Positions 40,603 to 50,749 of a stretch of DNA of 64,000 bases are shown here, one piece after another. Source of the stretch: Bythopirellula sp. (GTDB lineage: Bacteria; Planctomycetota; Planctomycetia; Pirellulales; Lacipirellulaceae). The stretch lies in assembly GCA_965216565.1 (NCBI GenBank), contig OZ244170.1, forward strand, positions 4,736,001 to 4,800,000, given 5' to 3'. The notes beneath the pieces were generated by a model that did no database searches, had not been told where the DNA came from, and saw only the letters and a list, made by a program, of their open reading frames with translations. Made by a program: the position numbers and the translations under genes. The first letter of the stretch is position 1. Each line of letters starts with the position of its first letter.

Positions 40603-41667
40603 TTAAAATGTGTTACCCAATCCGAATCGAACGATACGGTTACCCATGGAGGTGCCCAGGGATACGAATCCGAAGATGGACTCGAAGGGTCGAATCAGGT
40701 TTGCAACCGCCGCTGTGGCACGGTTGTACTTGTTTTCTGCAATGAAAAGTCGATCGCCGGGCAACATCTGGTAATTGGTTGCGGTGGATGCTCCCCGCGT
40801 AATTTCCTGCCAGTCGACGGGTAGTATCTGCTCGCATCCCATTCCGTTCGGTGCAGGTCGGGCAATCCAAAGTCTTGTAGAGGAGACTTGTGAGATTCCT
40901 CCGATGGCTGCCACTGCGTCGAGAACAGTTTCGTTACCGGTGATTGGGGCTCGAACAACATTGTCGCCGAAGCCGCCACCCTGTGTCACGATGTAATAGA
41001 CTTTGCTGTTATAAGCCAACACATCGACAAACACCTCGGGATCTTCGAGTTCGAGGGATAGCTGTTCCTCGATCGCCTCGCGAGCTTCTTCTAAAGTCTT
41101 GCCCGCAACATAAACCGAGCCATAAGTGGCCAGGTTGACCCGTCCATCAGGACCGACCAGGTGCTGCCCTGTGACTGCTTGGGCCCCAGAGGATTGAACT
41201 AGCGAAACTGAGACATCCACCTCGGATAGAATCTGAGATAAGTAAGAACGGATTTCGTCCTCCGCTTCTTCAATGGTCAAATCAACAATCTCGATGCGGC
41301 CGTAACGAGGGCCCAAGTTCACACTGCCATCGGCATCCACCGAGAAGGCATCGTCAATCGGATATTCTGGAAAGGCACCCGAGACACGTACGAGCATCAC
41401 ATCGAAGGTCTCGATCCGATGGGGAGACTTGGGAACCAGCTTGACGCCCTCGATCAACAGAATGTCTGGTGGTTCGACGACGTATCGCGGTAGCGTGACC
41501 TTGTCCAATTCACGAGGCACCAAGCTCTCAGCCGGCGGCCCTGGTGGATTGGCGGGATAGGGGGACCTCGGTTCCAGGAAGGACGTGCATCCCGTGGTTG
41601 CCACTACGAGGGCAAGTATCGAAAATGCCGTGGCCAGTTTTTTACAAGTTGTGATAAGCGGCTTCAT
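40603..41667 (-). CDS. wza: Polysaccharide export lipoprotein (Wza/OPX family)
   Basis: ATTG-C lipobox, YVVEPPDIL, two poly-export domains (PDGRVNL..G.V.VAG), ETVLDAVA, LPGDRLFI. Confidence 0.88.
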   Translation of the reverse strand: MKPLITTCKKLATAFSILALVVATTGCTSFLEPRSPYPANPPGPPAESLVPRELDKVTLPRYVVEPPDILLIEGVKLVPKSPHRIETFDVMLVRVSGAFPEYPIDDAFSVDADGSVNLGPRYGRIEIVDLTIEEAEDEIRSYLSQILSEVDVSVSLVQSSGAQAVTGQHLVGPDGRVNLATYGSVYVAGKTLEEAREAIEEQLSLELEDPEVFVDVLAYNSKVYYIVTQGGGFGDNVVRAPITGNETVLDAVAAIGGISQVSSTRLWIARPAPNGMGCEQILPVDWQEITRGASTATNYQMLPGDRLFIAENKYNRATAAVANLIRPFESIFGFVSLGTSMGNRIVRFGLGNTF

Positions 41668-42069
41668 TGTCGCGTCTCGTTTCGTGGAATCGAGGTTTAC
41701 CTGTGACTCTCCAGCGCAGGAATTGCAAACCGGCAATCTCGCCCTGAGAGTCATAGTCCTTGTAATCGGTAAAGTTTGACATCGACTTTGGGCTGTCTGC
41801 CGGGAAAGCGGAATTTCCTGCAATCAGTGCTCTTTGCCCGCTAGCATTGCCTGCTAAGAACCACGCAGATTCGCTTCGCGTATGCATATTGCGATGCGAA
41901 CATTCGCCGGATTCCCAGCCGCAGCGGACGGGCATTGCTGACGCCGGAGCAGGTTGAATGATCCCGACTACAGAGGAGCGGTTTGAATCGAGCGGAATTA
42001 GCCCTGGGCGGCTGGACGCAACCCTATTGATTCAGGGACTTTGCGGCGTTTTGTTTAGCGTCCGACTCA

Positions 42070-42098
42070 TTGACAGATACTTCATCTAAGCATATTCT
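42070..42098 (+). promoter_or_regulatory. Putative sigma70 promoter of the exosortase gene
   Basis: TTGACA-17 nt-TATTCT. Confidence 0.5.
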
Positions 42099-42367
42099 CA
42101 ATTAGATCAGATCGCTTCTGCGAGCGGCCCCTAAGAGATTAGCTTGCCTAGGCTACCAATGGCATGGTCCGCTGTGTCGACGCGACGATAACCTGCTGAA
42201 TTCCAGGCTTCGGCCCTTTTCACAAGATGCGAGCAGGAATAACGGAACATTTTCGCTACCGCTGGCATCTAAGTCCTGCGGAAGCCAAGTATTCAGATAG
42301 CAAAGTTGAGATAGACGTCCATCACGGTATTTCGGCTGTTTTCAGCAGAGATTGAATAGAACGAATC

Positions 42368-43306
42368 ATGGATTTATCAGGCTCTCCGCAAGCAGGTGCA
42401 TTTCAAACGGGTGAAGAGATTCGGGATCTCGACGATACCGAAGCGACCTATGCGTGGGTAGTATTCGGTGCGTTAGTGGCGCTGCTGGTCTACTGCTACC
42501 TTAATATGCTCTCGTATACGGCGGTTTCTTGGAAGAATCCGCTTTACTCGCATGGTTATTTGGTACCCGCGTTTGCGGGATTCCTGTTTTATGTTCGCTT
42601 TAAACCGTTAAAGAACATCGAGGTTAGCGAACGGTGGATTGGCGTTGCCATTATTGTGGTTAGTCTCGGAGTTCGCCTTTGGGCTTCGAACTACGATTTC
42701 AACCCCTTCGACCGCTTGAGCTTTGTGGCCGCATTGATCGGTGTCTGTCAGTTGGTCGGTGGAACCTCAATGGTGAGTTGGGCATGGCCGGCCGTGGCTT
42801 TCTTGCTATTTATGTTTCCGATGCCTTCGGTCGTCGAGCACTCGGTCTTGTTGTTCCTGCAAAAGTTGGCTGCGATAACCAGCACTTGGGTTTTGCAATT
42901 GCTAGGCGCACCCGCTTTGAGAGATGGGAATCGCATCATGATCGATCGAGTCCCCTTAGAGGTAGCGGATGCTTGTAGTGGTTTACGGATGAGTACCATC
43001 TTTGGTGCGATGTCGTTTGCGATGGCGGTTTTGATCAAACGACCCTGGTGGGATCGATTTGTGATCCTGCTCAGTGCTATTCCCATCGCCCTCGCGACTA
43101 ACGTAATCCGCATCACGATCACAGCCCTGATATTCATGATGTTTCCCGATAGCGATTTGATTCACCAAGCAGTTCACGACTGGGCGGGGCTGGCGATGAT
43201 GCCGATTGCCCTGGGCTTGTTGTGGATAGAGCTACAAATACTGGAACTGATTACTGTCCCGATTGAAATGGATGACTACGTGGCTTTTGGAACAGCTCAA
43301 GCCTAG
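42368..43306 (+). CDS. Exosortase (EpsH family)
   Basis: YSHGYLVP, EVADACSGLR (Cys), NVIRI (Arg), HDWAG (His); about 8 TM. Confidence 0.93.
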   Translation: MDLSGSPQAGAFQTGEEIRDLDDTEATYAWVVFGALVALLVYCYLNMLSYTAVSWKNPLYSHGYLVPAFAGFLFYVRFKPLKNIEVSERWIGVAIIVVSLGVRLWASNYDFNPFDRLSFVAALIGVCQLVGGTSMVSWAWPAVAFLLFMFPMPSVVEHSVLLFLQKLAAITSTWVLQLLGAPALRDGNRIMIDRVPLEVADACSGLRMSTIFGAMSFAMAVLIKRPWWDRFVILLSAIPIALATNVIRITITALIFMMFPDSDLIHQAVHDWAGLAMMPIALGLLWIELQILELITVPIEMDDYVAFGTAQA

Positions 43307-43698
43307 TGCTTTGGCATCATGGAAGAACCACAAAGCACTCGAATTCGACGGGCGCAGGTAATCTCTCACGGACGACGAGGCGTTGCAAGAATGCAACATC
43401 GAGGTTGAGGCTTTTCACCGTAATACGGAAAACCTCGGCCCTTTTATAGGCTGATATACGGCGCAGCAAGGCTGCTCGATCGTTTGGCCCACAACTTGCT
43501 TCGAATACGGCGTAGAGTGCCAGACTCATCGGTTCGATGGTGTTGTCTCAACAGTATCGCCGCCTGTGTACTCTAACCGTTGGCATTTGTGCCGAGAGAA
43601 GTCAGGCCTAATAGCCCGGGTGGATCCCCGACTAGGGAATTCAAGTTCGAGCTGTTAGTGCCAAGGCGTTATCCGATCGATTTAGACAGAGGTATTCG

Positions 43699-46122
43699 AT
43701 GACGAATCAAGATTCTGGTATAGGTCGCAGTGACGTAATGTATCCTGCTGTACTAAGTAATGGCGACGCATCCAATGCGATGGTCCCTGCCCAACCGTAT
43801 CCAGCGATGCCCATGCCTGGGTTTGGTGGCGCTGGACCCCGTGGGCCTGAGATTGTTACAGGTAGTATCAATCAAACTTGGTTCCTCAATTCACTCCGAC
43901 GAAAATGGCTGCCTGCGTTGCTGCTAGGTTCACTGGCATCGCTGTGCATGTTCGGCTTTCTTTGGTGGTTGTTCCCCGAGTCTTCCTCAGTGACTGCCTA
44001 CCTGCGTGTGAAGGCCGTTGAGCCGGAAACACTGTTCGACCAAAAGAAGGTCATCAACCCCAAAGAGTACGAGATCTTCCAGCAAACGCAGTTGGCGTTG
44101 TTCAAATCGCACTTTGTGTTGAATGCCGCTTTAAACCGCAGCGAGATCTCTCAGCTCGATGCGGTTGTAAAAGAACAGCCCTACGAGCTGAAATGGCTTT
44201 CCGACGAAATTCGCGTCTCCTTCCCCGGTGAAGGTGAAATTATGGAGGTTCGCTTCGATGGCGAAGAGGACCCCGAGGAGATTATGAAGATCGTCGACGC
44301 GGTTATCGAATCTTACACTTTCGAAGTGATTCACAAGGAGCGTACACGCTCCAGCGAAACACGCGAGAGCATGGAAAAGCTGCACAAACAGTTGAAGGAA
44401 GAGTTGGAAGAGAAGCACGATCGCTACTTGACGTTGTCCAAAGAGTTGGATTCCTCGACAGGTGCCACCGAAAGTGCCGTGCTGAGTATGTTGGCCAGCG
44501 ATGTGCGTATGATCCAACAGCAGATCATCGAGAAGAAGCAAGAGCTGATTGACTTGGAAGTCACCAAACAGTTGGCCGCTCAAAATGCTAACAGCCCGAC
44601 GGCTTTGGAAGCTGCCATTCAGGAACAGTTGGATCAAGATCCTATGTTTCAGAATTTCCAGCAGGAAGAATATGCATACACCCAGCAGCTAATGCAGCTT
44701 CAGGCGATCACCAAAGGTAATCGCAAGTCGCCCGAGCTCAAGCGTCTGCAATCTCAGTTGAGCTCTCTACGGTCGCAAATTCAGGAGTACCGTATTACGA
44801 AAACAGCCGAGCTTCGTGATCGGCTCAAGAATGCTCCGAACGAGATGCTGCAAAGCGTGATGATGGAGTACATGCTACGTCGGCAGTCCGTCGGCAACGA
44901 TATCGCTGAGCTCGAAGCGAAGTACGAAGACAAGATGGCCGAAGTAGAACGAAAAGGCCAAACCTCCGGTAAGCTCGCGATCTTGAATACGGAAATTGAG
45001 CAGCTTTCGGAAGTAGCCCAGACTATGGAATTGAAGATTCGTGGCTGGTCACTCGACGAAAAAGCTGGCCAAGACCGTGTACGGATTCTTCAAAAGGCAA
45101 CGCCTCAGGAGAAGATCAACACCATCGAGCGATACACCATCGTCACGATCGGTGCTCTGACAGCCTTCTGTGTCACTTGTTTCGGAATCGCTTTGTTAGA
45201 ATTCCAACGTCGCCGGCTTAATGGCCCGACCGACATCGATGAAGGCTTAGGAATTCGCGTTCTTGGTGTCCTGCCATCGGTTTCATCGCGGAAAGCGATG
45301 GTGCCAGGCAGCCCGATTGCAGCTCAGCTCTCTGAGTCGATCGACAGCGTCCGAGCCGCATTGATGCATGATTCCACATTTCAGGCACGGCAAGTGGTAC
45401 TGATCACTAGCCCGGCTTCGATGGAAGGCTGCACAACAGTCGCTAGCCACTTGGCACTAAGTCTCACTCGGGCTGGCCGTCGGACTTTGCTGATTGATGG
45501 TGACTTGCGAGAGCCGGCTCTGCATAAGCTCTTCGGCATGCCATTGGAAGATGGTGTGAGTGAAGTCTTGCGTTCGGATATTGATGTAACGGACGCCATT
45601 CGGCCCACGAGCACCGAAGGCCTATGGCTGATGACCGCTGGTCAGTGCGATATGGGTGCTATCCACGCATTGGCGACGGAACAACTGCAGCCGATTTTCG
45701 AGAAGCTACGTGCTGAGTTCGATTTTGTGATTATCGATGGTGCCCCGCTACTGGGTATGTCCGATTCGATATCGATCGGCCAGCATGTTGACGGAGCGAT
45801 CTTGACGCTACTCCGCGATCAGACCGAGATTCGCAAAGTGCTTCAATCCTCCGAGTTACTGAAAGCGATGGGTATCCGACTCTTCGGAGCGGTTGTCAAC
45901 GGCGTGCGACAAAAGGCGGACCGCCGCGTGGCTCGTCTGCATCGTTCCGCAGCCAGACCCCCTCGTCCGCAGCTTCCAGAAAAGGCCGAGACTCCGGCTA
46001 AAGCTCAGCAACCTGTAGCGGCTCGCACTCCAGCAGCCCCTCAGCAACCTGAGGTCAGCGATGAGCTGGAAATTGATGTGTCGGACATCGAAGAAATCGA
46101 CGTAAAAGATTTCGAACTGTAG
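43699..46122 (+). CDS. Wzc-like polysaccharide co-polymerase with degenerate BY-kinase domain
   Basis: Two TM flanking a coiled-coil domain; ITSPASMEGCTT, LLIDGDLREP, VIIDGAP. Confidence 0.88.
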   Translation: MTNQDSGIGRSDVMYPAVLSNGDASNAMVPAQPYPAMPMPGFGGAGPRGPEIVTGSINQTWFLNSLRRKWLPALLLGSLASLCMFGFLWWLFPESSSVTAYLRVKAVEPETLFDQKKVINPKEYEIFQQTQLALFKSHFVLNAALNRSEISQLDAVVKEQPYELKWLSDEIRVSFPGEGEIMEVRFDGEEDPEEIMKIVDAVIESYTFEVIHKERTRSSETRESMEKLHKQLKEELEEKHDRYLTLSKELDSSTGATESAVLSMLASDVRMIQQQIIEKKQELIDLEVTKQLAAQNANSPTALEAAIQEQLDQDPMFQNFQQEEYAYTQQLMQLQAITKGNRKSPELKRLQSQLSSLRSQIQEYRITKTAELRDRLKNAPNEMLQSVMMEYMLRRQSVGNDIAELEAKYEDKMAEVERKGQTSGKLAILNTEIEQLSEVAQTMELKIRGWSLDEKAGQDRVRILQKATPQEKINTIERYTIVTIGALTAFCVTCFGIALLEFQRRRLNGPTDIDEGLGIRVLGVLPSVSSRKAMVPGSPIAAQLSESIDSVRAALMHDSTFQARQVVLITSPASMEGCTTVASHLALSLTRAGRRTLLIDGDLREPALHKLFGMPLEDGVSEVLRSDIDVTDAIRPTSTEGLWLMTAGQCDMGAIHALATEQLQPIFEKLRAEFDFVIIDGAPLLGMSDSISIGQHVDGAILTLLRDQTEIRKVLQSSELLKAMGIRLFGAVVNGVRQKADRRVARLHRSAARPPRPQLPEKAETPAKAQQPVAARTPAAPQQPEVSDELEIDVSDIEEIDVKDFEL

Positions 46123-46155
46123 TCCGTTTCACGAGCAATACTTCGTAGCAATTCC

Positions 46156-46189
46156 AAGCACCGAGCCATTTTGGCTCGGTGCTTTTTTT
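46156..46189 (+). terminator. Rho-independent terminator
   Basis: GCACCGAGCCA / TGGCTCGGTGC stem followed by T7. Confidence 0.88.
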
Positions 46190-46329
46190 GCTTCTAGCGG
46201 AAGCCTGGACTGTTTCTGGTCCTGACAGGGCTCCGCCAAGAAAACTGAACGGCTAGATAGCTTCCAGCCAAGCCACTACGATCAGGAGTGCTGCGACAAG
46301 TCCTTCGAAACGACTCGAGTCTCCCCGCC

Positions 46330-48633
46330 ATGCTGTACCAACTAGGGCACAAGATCCACGAATACCGCTGGCTGGTCATCGCAGCGTGGATTGTGGCAGT
46401 GGTGTTGCTCAAGCAATCTTCTCCTCCCTGGGGAGAAGTTGCCATGGATGGCGACCTGGAATATTTGCCGTCTCATACGACAACCGTCCAGGCAGCCCAA
46501 CTCATTACTCAGGCTTTTCCCCGCGACAATAGCAAGAGCCAAATCGTCCTGGTGTTTGCGCGCGATTCGCAACCGTTGACTCCTGAAGATCGTCAGTTCG
46601 CACTCGATATCGGTCGGGCAATCGAAGAGATCCCCGATATCGGAGTGGTCGACGTTTGGACGGAAAAAACTCCTGTCGTCGGTAACCAGCTACCTAGCCA
46701 AGATGGTCGCGCGGTACGGATTGTCGTTCGGCTATCCAACGAATTTATGGCGACCGACAACATTCGTGTATTGGACAAGGTTGAACAAGTTGTCGAACAG
46801 CAGAGGGAACAGGCGCCTGCAGGGGTGCGAGTTGGCATCACCGGCTCCGCCGCCATCGGGGGCGATATGCTTACCGCCGCGGCGCAGAGCGTTTCCAGTA
46901 CGCATTACACGACGATAGCTTTGGTGACCATCGCTCTGCTGCTCATCTATCGCTCGGCCTGGTTGGCTTTGGTGCCGTTGTTGACGATTGGAATAGCTGC
47001 CACGGCATCGTTGAATTTGCTCGCCCTCGTGGCTAGTCTATCGCAAAGTGCGCCCGACTTTCTGCCAATCGTCCGCGTGTTTACGACCACTAAGATTTTT
47101 GTCATCGTCTTGCTCTTTGGCGCGGGAACAGACTACTGCTTGTTTCTGACCGCCAGATATCGGGAATTGCGTTCCCAGGGATTGGACCAATCTCAAGCCA
47201 TTGCGTCGGCAGTATCAGGCGTGGGGATCGCCTTGCTGGCAAGTGCCCTAACAACCATCGTTGGTTTGGCCATGATGGGCTTTGCCGAGTTTGGAAAGTT
47301 CACCTACAGTGGCCCGGCGATTGCCATTTGTCTCGCCATTACGCTGTTGGCTTGTTTGACCCTGGTTCCGGCTTTGCTCTCGACTCGCCTCGGCACAGCG
47401 GTGGCTGGCCAAGGTATGGGGGAAATGCCGGGTCGCTGGCAAAGTGTGTGGGAACGACTAGCCGATTTCATTATGCGACAGCCGCGGAAGATTCTGTTAA
47501 TTAGTTTCCTCGTCGCTGCGCCGTTGGCCATCTATGGCAACACGGTAGATGTGACTTACGATTTGCTCGGTGAACTTGACCCCTCCCGAGTCAGTCGCCG
47601 AGGAACGGCCCTGCTGCAGCGCCACTTTCCCGAAGGAGAAATTGGTCCTTTGGTGGTCCTGGCTCATAGTGCGCAGGGCGATCTCGATTCCAAGGAGGGG
47701 CAATTCCGTATCGCTGAATTGGTGAAGCCTCTGGATGATTTGCCAGAGATCGCGCAAGTTCGCAGCCTCTACCGTCCAACAGGCAAAGCGCCAGGAGCCG
47801 TGAGCGTATTTTCTGCCGAGGGAATCCAATTGCTTGCCGCGCAAGGCAGTCCACTCACGAAAGCGGCGTTCGTCTCGCAAGAAGGTCCGTACTCCGGTCG
47901 CGTCACTCGGCTGTTCCTGGTCCCCAAAGCCGCTCCTTTTTCGCAGGAAGCGATGCGGGTGTGCGATCGAGTTGAAGAAGTACTCGAAAGTCTCAGCCAG
48001 GATCCCGATTCGCCCTGGCATGGAGCCGAATTCGAACTGGCGGGCACCTCGGCCGGTTTGCGTGATTTGCGAAATGTGACTGTCGCCGATCGTAAGCTCA
48101 TCCAGATATTGGTGGCGGGAGCTGTGTTTCTGGTGATCCTCGTGCTACTTAAACGGCCACTCGTCTGTGTCTATCTGATCTTTACTGTCCTGCTGAGCTA
48201 CTTTGTCACCATGGGAATTGCGGGGCTTGTGTTCGAATTCTTGCGAGGACCGGCCTATGTGGGACTCGACTGGAAAGTACCCCTGTTCTTGTTTGTCATC
48301 CTGGTGGCAGTCGGGCAAGATTACAATATTTATCTGGTAAGCCGAGTTCTGGAAGAACAAGACCGACATGGGCTCCGTGACGGACTGCGCAGAGCGATTG
48401 TTCAGACGGGCGGCATTATCACCAGTTGCGGTATCATCATGGCAGGTACTTTTGTTTCCATGACGACTGCCGAATTACACGGGATGGTGGAACTGGGGTT
48501 TGCTCTGTCGCTGGGGATTCTGCTCGATACGTTTATCGTGCGCACGATTTTAGTGCCCGCTTTTCTAAGCCTATTGGTGCCAGGCTCAGCGAGCCCTGAT
48601 GCCGAGAGTTCTACGGCAAATGTTAAGGCGTAA
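46330..48633 (+). CDS. MMPL family RND-type transporter
   Basis: FGAGTDYCLFL..RYRE and AVGQDYNIYLVSRVLEE; GGIITSCG; LLDTFIVR..LVPA. Confidence 0.92.
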   Translation: MLYQLGHKIHEYRWLVIAAWIVAVVLLKQSSPPWGEVAMDGDLEYLPSHTTTVQAAQLITQAFPRDNSKSQIVLVFARDSQPLTPEDRQFALDIGRAIEEIPDIGVVDVWTEKTPVVGNQLPSQDGRAVRIVVRLSNEFMATDNIRVLDKVEQVVEQQREQAPAGVRVGITGSAAIGGDMLTAAAQSVSSTHYTTIALVTIALLLIYRSAWLALVPLLTIGIAATASLNLLALVASLSQSAPDFLPIVRVFTTTKIFVIVLLFGAGTDYCLFLTARYRELRSQGLDQSQAIASAVSGVGIALLASALTTIVGLAMMGFAEFGKFTYSGPAIAICLAITLLACLTLVPALLSTRLGTAVAGQGMGEMPGRWQSVWERLADFIMRQPRKILLISFLVAAPLAIYGNTVDVTYDLLGELDPSRVSRRGTALLQRHFPEGEIGPLVVLAHSAQGDLDSKEGQFRIAELVKPLDDLPEIAQVRSLYRPTGKAPGAVSVFSAEGIQLLAAQGSPLTKAAFVSQEGPYSGRVTRLFLVPKAAPFSQEAMRVCDRVEEVLESLSQDPDSPWHGAEFELAGTSAGLRDLRNVTVADRKLIQILVAGAVFLVILVLLKRPLVCVYLIFTVLLSYFVTMGIAGLVFEFLRGPAYVGLDWKVPLFLFVILVAVGQDYNIYLVSRVLEEQDRHGLRDGLRRAIVQTGGIITSCGIIMAGTFVSMTTAELHGMVELGFALSLGILLDTFIVRTILVPAFLSLLVPGSASPDAESSTANVKA

Positions 48634-48982
48634 CGCGCTTGTCGATTGTCTCGCGCGGTGCTTAGAGAAACTGATGATTCCTCATGGATTTGGCCGTCGT
48701 TCTTGCGTGGCATCGGGTATTGTTGTTTTGTTCAGCAAGTGATTCCACCTGTTGAAGACTCATGCAAAAAGCACTTATCACTATTCGGTCCAGCAAGAGT
48801 TCCTCAGCAGAATCGAGCTGGGCACTTCGTCTTCGAACAGCATCCGACGCGACTTCTCGACTCAGACGATCACTTTCGCACATGAACCTGCCCCTGCGGC
48901 ACGTGTCACCTAGTGTAGAAGCAGATGCGCTGCGCCGGCCCTTGGGTCACGCAGCCAGTCATAGACAAGTGATACGAGGAGA

Positions 48983-49396
48983 ATGCGGATGACCACCAAT
49001 AACGACAACTGGCTGGGGCAGCACGCGATGCCGATGAATAAGCCTAACTCGAATAGACGTGCTCAGCTGTCGAATAAGCTGAATAACTTTATTCAGCAAG
49101 GCATAGCCAACGAATCAAACGATCAAGCCCAAACCGTCGCGGCCAATCTCACGCCGCTAGACGACCGAGGACAACTGGGCAAATCGGCACAGATAGAAGT
49201 CAGTCACTTCGATGGAAGAGAAATTTCATTTCACCACCCTCTTCCACTCGCTTCCCGGCGGGCCTTTGTTTCCATCGAAGACGAACGGTTTGGCAGCTGG
49301 GAAGCGCTAGTGGAGCTTGGCTGGTGTCGCTTCAATCGCATGGGAAATTATACAAGCGGAGGTCGGTTCGTTCGGCCAGCCGCTAAGACAGCCTAG
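48983..49396 (+). CDS. Hypothetical protein, possible degenerate PilZ-like fold
   Basis: GGAG RBS; ISFHHPLP..LVELGWCR..YTSGGRF. Confidence 0.5.
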   Translation: MRMTTNNDNWLGQHAMPMNKPNSNRRAQLSNKLNNFIQQGIANESNDQAQTVAANLTPLDDRGQLGKSAQIEVSHFDGREISFHHPLPLASRRAFVSIEDERFGSWEALVELGWCRFNRMGNYTSGGRFVRPAAKTA

Positions 49397-49664
49397 TATG
49401 CAATCGGTCCGCGCGAGTGCGTCGCTCACGCGGGTCGGGTTTCTCCTCCCTCCCTAAGCGGCGGCCGCCTTCGGGCGGCCTCGCTGTTTATTCTGCTTCC
49501 TCAAATTGCGACCCCATTCTATTGGGACACTACCCTTCGAGGAAAAACTTGACCTCGTTTCTTGAGGTCTGCTAGTCTACAGCTTTCCAGGGTGGCAGTG
49601 TTCGGAACCATTGCCGTCCAATTTCTACGTGTCTCTCTAGGCTAGTGAATATGAGGAGAGAAGA

Positions 49665-50693
49665 ATGTCAAAGATTCAGGTAGTTGTCTGTAGTTCGATG
49701 GTGGTACTCTGGGGCTTTGGGTTTTCTGGTGAGGTCAGATCACAGGACCGTTTGGGAGAGTTCGTCTCAGAGTCCAGGCCGCCGACGGAACTTACAGTAG
49801 AAGATCGCATCGAATCGGTACTCGACGCTCAATTGAAATCGCCACTAGATTTCACAGAGCTGCCACTGAAAGAAATCCTCAGCATTTTGCAAGAGGATTA
49901 TGACATTCCGATCATCCTGGACCTAGCAGCACTAGATGAATTGGCGATTTCGCCGGATACAGAAACAACGATTAACTTCAGGAATATTTCGCTGAGGAAC
50001 GCTCTGGATCTGTTGCTGCGACAACCGGGCTTGGAAGACTTAACGTTCTATATTAATCACGAAGTAGTATTGGTAACCACCAAAGATCAAGCCAACAGCT
50101 TCCTAACAACAAAAGTGTATCGAGTAGACGATCTGGGCGTTTATTTGCCCGTGCCCAAGGGAGCAAGTGCTTGGACCGCCTATAGCCCACTCATGGACAC
50201 GGCCACTAGTTGTGTTGAGAAATCGAGTTGGCAGGAGAATGGTAAGGGAGATGGCGAAATCCAGCTAGTGGCACCAGGTATTCTGGTGGTGAGTCAAACC
50301 CCGCGTGTTCATTCTGAGATCGAAAAGTTGTTTAAACGAATACGTAAGGTTCGCAACGAAATTTCCGCAAGTGCCGCGGACGAGGCTCAATCGAAGTTGG
50401 AAACCCAGGGCTTCCATGTCGACCAAGGTCTTGCCAAATTATCTGAGGAAGCGAAAAAGCTCATCGTGGCTTCTATAACCGAATCGGTCGATTGGAAAGA
50501 ACAGACCGAAGACAATGTATGGGTTCGTTTCGTAGGGAATCGGATCTTAGTCCGTCACCGGGCTGATGTCTTGCAGCAAGTTCAGGAAGTGATCGGTAAA
50601 ATGGGTTTAGCTGCTCCCCATGCATGTGTTGGAACTGGTGGCGGTGGATTCGGTGGCGGTGGATTCGGTGGAGGGGGAGGCGGTTTTTTCTAA
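49665..50693 (+). CDS. Exported hypothetical protein with STN/secretin-N-like segments and GGGGF tail
   Basis: AGGAG RBS; LDFTELPL..IPIILD, TKVYRVDDL, LVVSQT..VH.EI. Confidence 0.65.
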   Translation: MSKIQVVVCSSMVVLWGFGFSGEVRSQDRLGEFVSESRPPTELTVEDRIESVLDAQLKSPLDFTELPLKEILSILQEDYDIPIILDLAALDELAISPDTETTINFRNISLRNALDLLLRQPGLEDLTFYINHEVVLVTTKDQANSFLTTKVYRVDDLGVYLPVPKGASAWTAYSPLMDTATSCVEKSSWQENGKGDGEIQLVAPGILVVSQTPRVHSEIEKLFKRIRKVRNEISASAADEAQSKLETQGFHVDQGLAKLSEEAKKLIVASITESVDWKEQTEDNVWVRFVGNRILVRHRADVLQQVQEVIGKMGLAAPHACVGTGGGGFGGGGFGGGGGGFF

Positions 50694-50749
50694 ATCGCCT
50701 TGCGGACTCACACCTTGCCCATTTTGACCATCAAAGCGATGATGGCGTG

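Noticed and set aside
42250..42268. ops/JUMPstart element upstream of wza
   Set aside because: AGCGGTAGCG is only a partial match and lies about 600 nt from the start codon
50624..50749. Trp/Arg-rich N-terminal extension of FhcD and the GGTGGCGGTGGATTC repeat
   Set aside because: It is an alternate-frame reading of the upstream gene's GGGGF tail; fhcD starts at 50750
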